From: a virus
Taxonomy: Duplodnaviria; Caudoviricetes
DNA length: 30,370 bases
IMG/VR virus record: IMGVR_UViG_3300030330_002396
Location: 1-30,370 of that record
Reading direction: 5' to 3' (one strand)
This document shows, in pieces, positions 24,695 to 30,370 of the stretch (positions are counted from its first letter, which is position 1; every line of letters begins with the position of its first letter). Made by a program: the position numbers and the translations under genes. Under the pieces are notes generated by a model that saw only the letters and a program-made list of their open reading frames with translations, was not told the DNA's origin and made no database searches.

Positions 24695-25717
24695 TTATTT
24701 ACTTTGTAATTGTAATGTTCTTAACGTGATGAAATCGTCTTTTCGTCCAGATGATTTAAATCGGTTTCTATGTTCCTTCATTGCCTTGCCTAAAGGTCTT
24801 TCAGTTTTTTCAGACATTGCAGAAGCTGGAGTTGAACCACTAGAAGGAGTCAGCTTTAACGATTTTTTTGAAACCGGTGTGCCTTTCTCCTTTATTGGTT
24901 TTCTCCCGTATATGCTATTTACAGCGTGAGACATGAAATAGGGAATCTGAGAGTACAAATCTGGAGAAAAACTCTCCAAATCTTTTAGTCTAGGATCACT
25001 CATAATTGATATGAAATGACTCTTTAACTCATTTTCATTCTCGTCCCTTAGCCATTCAAGTTCCTCTACGGCTTTACTACCGAGCTGCTGACGCATTGTT
25101 TTTGCATTTTCCAAACCCTGAAGTTTTTTCAATTGGTCTGGAATATATGAATCACGCGATTTTCTGGCACTTTGAAGAGCTTTACGCACTTCGGCCTTAG
25201 TCATCGGGCGACCTTCTACAGTAGTTATTTCTTCGTCAGCAGAATATTCATCGGACTCAAACAACAAATCTTCAGCCCAACTAATAACATCATTCACCTC
25301 ATCAGACTTCTTTTGGAGGTCTTCAATGGTTGATAAATTAGAAAGTGGGTTGTCTTTAACTTCTGGCTGCTTGATTGTTAGTTGCATAGTTTGCAACTCT
25401 TCTTCAGCAGCTTTCCGTCTTGCCGTAAGTTCACTAATACGTGACTGCGCGCCGGGAATGAGTTGCTGACGCAAAGCGTCTTTTTCCTCATCCGACAAAC
25501 TGTCTAAATCAAACTGTGAAAGAACATTACCCTCAGTCGCTTGCTCTGGAACTTCTTCCTCACTAGCTTCCTCGGCCGATTCTTGAGACTCTTCTTCAGA
25601 CTGTTGTCCTAGTAAAGCCTCACTACGTCTCTGAACAAAGTCAGACGCAGATATGTTTTGGTTGTCCACTGATTCTGGTTCAGCCTCAGCGACGGCTGTG
25701 TTGATTTCATCTTCCAT
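24695..25717 (-). CDS. Capsid scaffolding protein
   Basis: Acidic N-terminus, RISELTARRKAAEE coiled coil, basic C-terminus; immediately upstream of MCP; ATG 25717 (or GTG 25729). Confidence 0.8.
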   Translation of the reverse strand: MEDEINTAVAEAEPESVDNQNISASDFVQRRSEALLGQQSEEESQESAEEASEEEVPEQATEGNVLSQFDLDSLSDEEKDALRQQLIPGAQSRISELTARRKAAEEELQTMQLTIKQPEVKDNPLSNLSTIEDLQKKSDEVNDVISWAEDLLFESDEYSADEEITTVEGRPMTKAEVRKALQSARKSRDSYIPDQLKKLQGLENAKTMRQQLGSKAVEELEWLRDENENELKSHFISIMSDPRLKDLESFSPDLYSQIPYFMSHAVNSIYGRKPIKEKGTPVSKKSLKLTPSSGSTPASAMSEKTERPLGKAMKEHRNRFKSSGRKDDFITLRTLQLQSK

Positions 25718-25770
25718 AACTGTTTCCACTATTTACGCCTAGCGATTGCGTGGGAACATATTATCATGTA

Positions 25771-25989
25771 TCAAATAAAATCTTTGTGTCTTTTTTGTAG
25801 TTTTTTCACGTCAACCATTTGTAATATCTGATCATAGGTTATTATCCTACCAGATATTTGCTGAAGCTGCTCTGTTGGAGCCTCGTGCATATCTCCTATG
25901 CACTCCTCACGCAAAGCTGATATTACATTCATGAAACGAGCAAAAGACTCGTGGTTGTGTAGCGATTGTATGTCTTTCTCTAAACTCAC
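25771..25989 (-). CDS. Small helical protein downstream of portal
   Basis: 72 aa, LQQISGRI; ATGA overlap with portal. Confidence 0.7.
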   Translation of the reverse strand: MSLEKDIQSLHNHESFARFMNVISALREECIGDMHEAPTEQLQQISGRIITYDQILQMVDVKKLQKRHKDFI

Positions 25990-28076
25990 TGAGCCATGTT
26001 TTGGGTTTGAACTCCACCCATCTGGGCAGGTGCTGTACCAATTCTACCTATTTGTGCGTTCTCAGCTTGTTGCATAGAGAACTGATATTGGCCCATATAC
26101 TTTTGCAAACGCTGCGAGAAAGCAGGATCAGTTTGCATACGTTGGGCAATATCTGGTTGCTGCAAATATTGCTGAATGATACCCATAGCCGCTTGAGCAC
26201 CGTTTGCACGTGCCGGCATCTCGATTCCCGCATAAATTTTTGATAAGTCATCTGTAATGTCTTTGAGCATTTGCTGCTGTGCAGCTTCCACTGGTTGAAG
26301 AACACTATCAGCCAAAACCGGATCTACGCTTCCAGCAATTAGTGTTACTAAATTATCTACGTTTATTCTTCCATTCCTGTCCAACTGAAGCAGAGAAATC
26401 ATAGAGTTTAGTTTGTTCTCCTGTTTTTCTGGGTCAGTGTTCTGAACATCATAGGAAATTGTTATATCAAAACTTTCATCTGGGCTTCCTTTGCTAAACA
26501 TTTGAGGATCTGGAACACCAGTAACCTGAAAGAAAACACTGTCTGGGCCAAAACGCTGAAAGCATTTGTAGCACATTGATATTACGTTAGAGCAATGAGT
26601 TAAAAATTTGTCTACCAAGAACTGCTGTCTTATTTGGCTAACTGGACCCTCGCGATCCAAGCCAACCAATCTATCAGCTTGAGATTCTTGGGTTTTCTCC
26701 ATCTCAACCGATCCTTGGTTGTACACAGGAGTAGGACCAAACTCAAAGTCTCCTTTGCGGCGATATGGTATCATTCTACCAGGACCCCAATCTGTAGGAG
26801 CTTGACCAACCGGGTGCATTATTGGAGGCACCGTAGAAAGACTGTTTCTGTCAATTCGGCTGTCGCGCTCAACCTTTACTTGGTTCTGTATGCCACGTAA
26901 CAAGTCAGGTATGGTCATTGTATCGTACAACCTCTTGCTATCCTCGGACAGCTTGGTAACTACTACTGGGTAGTCTTCATACCCGTTTAGCAGTTCAAAC
27001 TTCGCATAACCCGGTATTCCTGGCATACCACTAAACTCACGATGGAACACTGTGCAATATATGCCTTCGGAGCCATCCTCTTTGTCTATCAATCTTTGAT
27101 AACCGTAAACAATTTCAATAAGCTCCTCAGCCTCATAGGCATTATCGGTAAGACTAAGAGACCGGCGTCCTTCTTGCTCACGCTCGATAGAATCTATGTT
27201 CACTCCACGGTAACGATCAATAACGTGATCTACAAAATTTTCATCCCAACCATCGGTAATCACTTTGTTCTGCAACTCCTGTGGTGTGTAATAGGTTTTC
27301 CAAAAACAATATGGAGCCCGCTGCGGATCGGTAACATACGGAGGAAAGATAAAGTCTCCGTCTGGGGCTAGAGTTTTTACCTCTGGGGCATTCACTTGGC
27401 GACGCACTATTGGTAACTCAGCACTTCCATTTTCTTTTAAATCTTTAAGAGCTTTCTTGGCTCTTTTTTCTGTAACCCCTTGAAAACTATTTTGAAGCAT
27501 TGCCAAGACATCATCATCTGCTTCACCCTCAGAAATTAGTTCTGCCAAGGCGGGATCAATAGATGCTATTTGTTCTAAGCTAAGACGTTGAAGGAACGAC
27601 CTGTCTTCCATATGCCAGCCAACGTAAGTAATCAATATACCACGCTCTAACATATAGTTGGCTCCTAGTTCCATCTCCTGCTTGAAGCGAGGGATGTAAC
27701 CACTTTTCACCATCCATTTTAAAAAATTTGTAACTACGCGACTTCTGGCAACGTCTGCTATCTCTACAGGAAATGCTCTGATGTTTGCTCTGCTCATTGC
27801 AGAAAGAAACAAAGAAACCAATCTGGTTATGCGCTCGTCAATAACATGGCTCTCCATGTCCGAGGCTCCCTCCCAAGGGAAAGCGTCTGCTCCGTGCTTG
27901 CGAAGATCCCTACTTTTGCCAGGCCACCAGTTACGGCGGTCATCATAACTGCTTCGGCACAAATCAAAGTATGCCTCAAGCTCAGTAACAGACTGATCAT
28001 AGGCGTACCTAAGAGATGTAATGTCGGGATCGTCACTAACATATGTTAGAGACTCGGAAATAGAATCATTTTGCAT
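25986..28076 (-). CDS. Portal protein
   Basis: 696 aa between TerL and scaffold; helical/beta layout and Gln-rich C-terminal barrel typical of P22-like portals. Confidence 0.85.
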   Translation of the reverse strand: MQNDSISESLTYVSDDPDITSLRYAYDQSVTELEAYFDLCRSSYDDRRNWWPGKSRDLRKHGADAFPWEGASDMESHVIDERITRLVSLFLSAMSRANIRAFPVEIADVARSRVVTNFLKWMVKSGYIPRFKQEMELGANYMLERGILITYVGWHMEDRSFLQRLSLEQIASIDPALAELISEGEADDDVLAMLQNSFQGVTEKRAKKALKDLKENGSAELPIVRRQVNAPEVKTLAPDGDFIFPPYVTDPQRAPYCFWKTYYTPQELQNKVITDGWDENFVDHVIDRYRGVNIDSIEREQEGRRSLSLTDNAYEAEELIEIVYGYQRLIDKEDGSEGIYCTVFHREFSGMPGIPGYAKFELLNGYEDYPVVVTKLSEDSKRLYDTMTIPDLLRGIQNQVKVERDSRIDRNSLSTVPPIMHPVGQAPTDWGPGRMIPYRRKGDFEFGPTPVYNQGSVEMEKTQESQADRLVGLDREGPVSQIRQQFLVDKFLTHCSNVISMCYKCFQRFGPDSVFFQVTGVPDPQMFSKGSPDESFDITISYDVQNTDPEKQENKLNSMISLLQLDRNGRINVDNLVTLIAGSVDPVLADSVLQPVEAAQQQMLKDITDDLSKIYAGIEMPARANGAQAAMGIIQQYLQQPDIAQRMQTDPAFSQRLQKYMGQYQFSMQQAENAQIGRIGTAPAQMGGVQTQNMAQ

Positions 28077-28251
28077 TGAGCTTGCCCTTAATGTTATGGA
28101 AAACGTGATAAAAATATTGCTCGTTGGCTCCTATCTTATCACATAACTCGCTGGATTTTATTGAGTAAAGCTCATCATGGGTAGCTACTTTGCACAAAAT
28201 CTCCCAAGCAAGCAGTCGATCTATCTGCTCACATATCCATTGACGGTTCAT
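28066..28251 (-). CDS. Hypothetical protein (possible HTH)
   Basis: ATG at 28251 (MNRQW...) likely; SSELCDKIGANEQYFYHVF is HTH-like. Confidence 0.5.
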   Translation of the reverse strand: MNRQWICEQIDRLLAWEILCKVATHDELYSIKSSELCDKIGANEQYFYHVFHNIKGKLNAK

Positions 28252-28258
28252 TGTGATG

Positions 28259-28633
28259 TCATCTGACGTATCTGTAGGACACTCCAACTTCATCTTCAAT
28301 AGCCTCTATTTTTATATTCTTACCAACCAAGGCTTTTGTTAATTTTTTAGGAACACACACTGGAACCTTTTTATCAATTTCATTAATTAAAGCGTATATG
28401 TATCTAGGATTTGCAGCAGACTTTATAACATATCCTTTGTAGTGTTTTGGAACAATCTCAGGAATGTCTACAGCCATACGCAATATTTCTTGTCCATCTT
28501 CATTAATCCACAATGCCTTGCCACCTTTTCCTGTAATCATCGAGGAACACAACTTTGATTTAGCTAGGCTAACTAAATTATCTACGTCAGCATCAAGCTC
28601 ATCAGCTAATGCTCCTATCCTAATTTTCGGCAT
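28259..28633 (-). CDS. Hypothetical protein (N-terminal HTH-like)
   Basis: IRIGALADELDAD; TAATG coupling to TerL. Confidence 0.7.
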   Translation of the reverse strand: MPKIRIGALADELDADVDNLVSLAKSKLCSSMITGKGGKALWINEDGQEILRMAVDIPEIVPKHYKGYVIKSAANPRYIYALINEIDKKVPVCVPKKLTKALVGKNIKIEAIEDEVGVSYRYVR

Positions 28634-30285
28634 TAATATCCTCCTTTTGATTTGCTAGTTGTTAGCAAGCTTCTGTTCTCCATGTGATCTGGGCCTTCTC
28701 CTCCATTTGCCATTCTCAAATAGCGTATAAGATCAAAGAAATCTTTAAGGGCCTCATCCGCTTTACCTTGTGAATTATAATTTAATAAACTGTCAATCAA
28801 ATTCCCACATTCCTTGTGTATGTAACACAACGGCCTATTAGCAGCATCTATTGGATCGTTTGGATTGTAGGTAAACCATTCGTCAACCGCACTAATACCA
28901 ACCTCTTCCATGCGGCCATCTGATGGATGGAAAAGCATTCCATATTCATCAAACAACATAAACAAATCTTCATTGTTGTCATTCTCCCTAGCAAAATACC
29001 TAGAGTCCCCTATACGCTCAAAAACATTTATACCAAGAGCGTCCTCAATATCTCGGAACAACTCAGCATATCTTTCTACGTTTAGTCCTAGTTTTTTTGT
29101 TGCTGGCCCCACCTTCCATTTTGGATCACCAAACATAGCCCACTCTCCATAGGTATCCCTATCGGGCCATTCTCGGCGAATGTAAACATAACCGTCCCGA
29201 TCCACAGCAGCCCATATAGCAGTAAAGTTGCGAGCCCCGGCAGGGTCAACTACCTGATAACAAGTAAACCTGCTTTTGTCCGATATGTCAGGGAAGGACA
29301 TACCATACTTATTCTTTTCCTCACCAAGAACATTAACCTCTGTATTGAAAAGCGGAAGTAACGATGTTACACTCTTTACAGGAACACCATAAGCACGGAC
29401 TAATATTTCCTCATCTGGTCTGTCCCGCAAATCCTTAGCTATACGCTCATAACCACCAAACGGGTTTTCATCTGAATGCAGGTAGACTACTGATGCGTCC
29501 CGTTTTGGACTATATTGTTGTACTGGCAGTTCTCGGTTAAGAAGAATTGCCTTTCTAGTCTTTAGCGTTTCGGAACCTTTTAAATATTCGGATATAAACG
29601 GAGTGTACCCATTGATAGGGGTAAAAGCTATTAGCATCTTGGAATTCCTAGTAGCCAACCGAAAACGCAAAGTGTTTATCAAAGCATCGTCACCAAGATA
29701 TTCGTCTAACCACGTTCCAATGTTCAAGTTGTCCCCAGACCTAAACCCAAATTCAAAACCTTCTAAGATGGTTTGGTTATTGGAAAACTGGGTGTAGGTT
29801 TTAAAATCAACCCTAGTTCGGGTATCAGGAAAAATAAAGCTGCTTCCGGTAAACCCATTTTGCATCGAGTAGTTTATGTAACCCTCAATACTCTTGGTCT
29901 TCTTCTTGAACTCCTTGGGCATCATCTCCCACACCGCAGCTTGCTGCACCTTTACGCTGGTGTCAGCGTTCTGGGAAAAACAAACAACATGACCATCTGG
30001 ATTGCTTATCACGCTCTCCATGACAATTTTAGCACAGCCAGTAGTTTTGCCGCTCCGGTTGCCTCCCAAACACAGACACTCGTTGTATGTTCCTAGTCCA
30101 TCTTTTATACGCTCCCAGCCATCTAGGTTAAACCCATGCCTTACCGGATCTTGCTCAGAAGCCTCTATACGGCCCTCATGGGCCTCGTGCAGCTCCTTTA
30201 GCATCTTGGGGTAGTTCTCCCCCAAGAACACTATCTCTTCATCTGTAGGAGGCTTTAATATTGGATGATCTCTAAACTCAATCAT
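28633..30285 (-). CDS. terL: Terminase large subunit
   Basis: Walker A GGNRSGKT, Walker B WLDE, coupling motif FTP, RNase H-like VVDPAG and DFFDLIRY. Confidence 0.93.
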   Translation of the reverse strand: MIEFRDHPILKPPTDEEIVFLGENYPKMLKELHEAHEGRIEASEQDPVRHGFNLDGWERIKDGLGTYNECLCLGGNRSGKTTGCAKIVMESVISNPDGHVVCFSQNADTSVKVQQAAVWEMMPKEFKKKTKSIEGYINYSMQNGFTGSSFIFPDTRTRVDFKTYTQFSNNQTILEGFEFGFRSGDNLNIGTWLDEYLGDDALINTLRFRLATRNSKMLIAFTPINGYTPFISEYLKGSETLKTRKAILLNRELPVQQYSPKRDASVVYLHSDENPFGGYERIAKDLRDRPDEEILVRAYGVPVKSVTSLLPLFNTEVNVLGEEKNKYGMSFPDISDKSRFTCYQVVDPAGARNFTAIWAAVDRDGYVYIRREWPDRDTYGEWAMFGDPKWKVGPATKKLGLNVERYAELFRDIEDALGINVFERIGDSRYFARENDNNEDLFMLFDEYGMLFHPSDGRMEEVGISAVDEWFTYNPNDPIDAANRPLCYIHKECGNLIDSLLNYNSQGKADEALKDFFDLIRYLRMANGGEGPDHMENRSLLTTSKSKGGY

Positions 30286-30370
30286 TCCGGGAAAAAATCA
30301 TTTAAGTCCTTCATGGCTGAAGCATTAACCAATGCTAAAAAACAAGACATTTGATCTTCTAAGTCAGGAT
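30282..30370 (-). CDS. 3' end of an upstream gene (partial)
   Basis: ...PDLEDQMSCFLALVNASAMKDLNDFFPE* is open to the window edge and ends in an ATGA overlap with terL. Confidence 0.55.
   Translation of the reverse strand, partial: PDLEDQMSCFLALVNASAMKDLNDFFPE

Larger units (their letters stand above)
1..30370. mobile_element. Tailed bacteriophage genome segment (Caudoviricetes, podovirus-type morphogenesis module)
   Basis: Gene order TerL-portal-scaffold-MCP-adaptor-nozzle-fibre-internal virion proteins on the - strand, primase-helicase/nuclease/MTase on the + strand; dense overlapping genes; no host housekeeping genes. Confidence 0.97.

Noticed and set aside
1-30370. tRNA/rRNA genes, integrase/att sites, introns or inteins, diversity-generating retroelement
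   Set aside because: None recognised by eye; TerL, helicase and MCP are uninterrupted, and there is no reverse transcriptase or TR/VR pair

Overview
This window holds most of a tailed dsDNA phage genome with a podovirus-type (T7/P22-like) virion module, arranged as two convergent arms. The + arm (13-6394) is replication and DNA metabolism: a DnaA-domain-IV protein, an AT-hook/RHH protein, a T7 gp4/Twinkle-type primase-helicase, a probable SSB, a PD-(D/E)XK exonuclease, a C5 cytosine methyltransferase, an HNH protein and a DUF5664-type nucleotide hydrolase. The - arm (30370 down to 6473) is morphogenesis: TerL, portal, scaffold, DUF5309/SU10-type major capsid protein, adaptor, membrane or lysis proteins, tail nozzle, tail fibre and three internal virion proteins. 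No DNA or RNA polymerase, integrase or endolysin is recognisable in the window. Two things stand out. (1) The methyltransferase locus is dual-coded over its whole length: a 304-aa +1-frame ORF supplies the missing motif IX and three tandem xxTP modules that may be specificity domains. (2) A translationally coupled chain of eight very basic, protamine-like micro-ORFs (11-83 aa) sits in the virion operon. Four of these were missed by the ORF track, one is split by a frame break at an A7 run, and one has a distant paralog at the end of the operon. All family calls come from reading motifs by eye; no database search was run.
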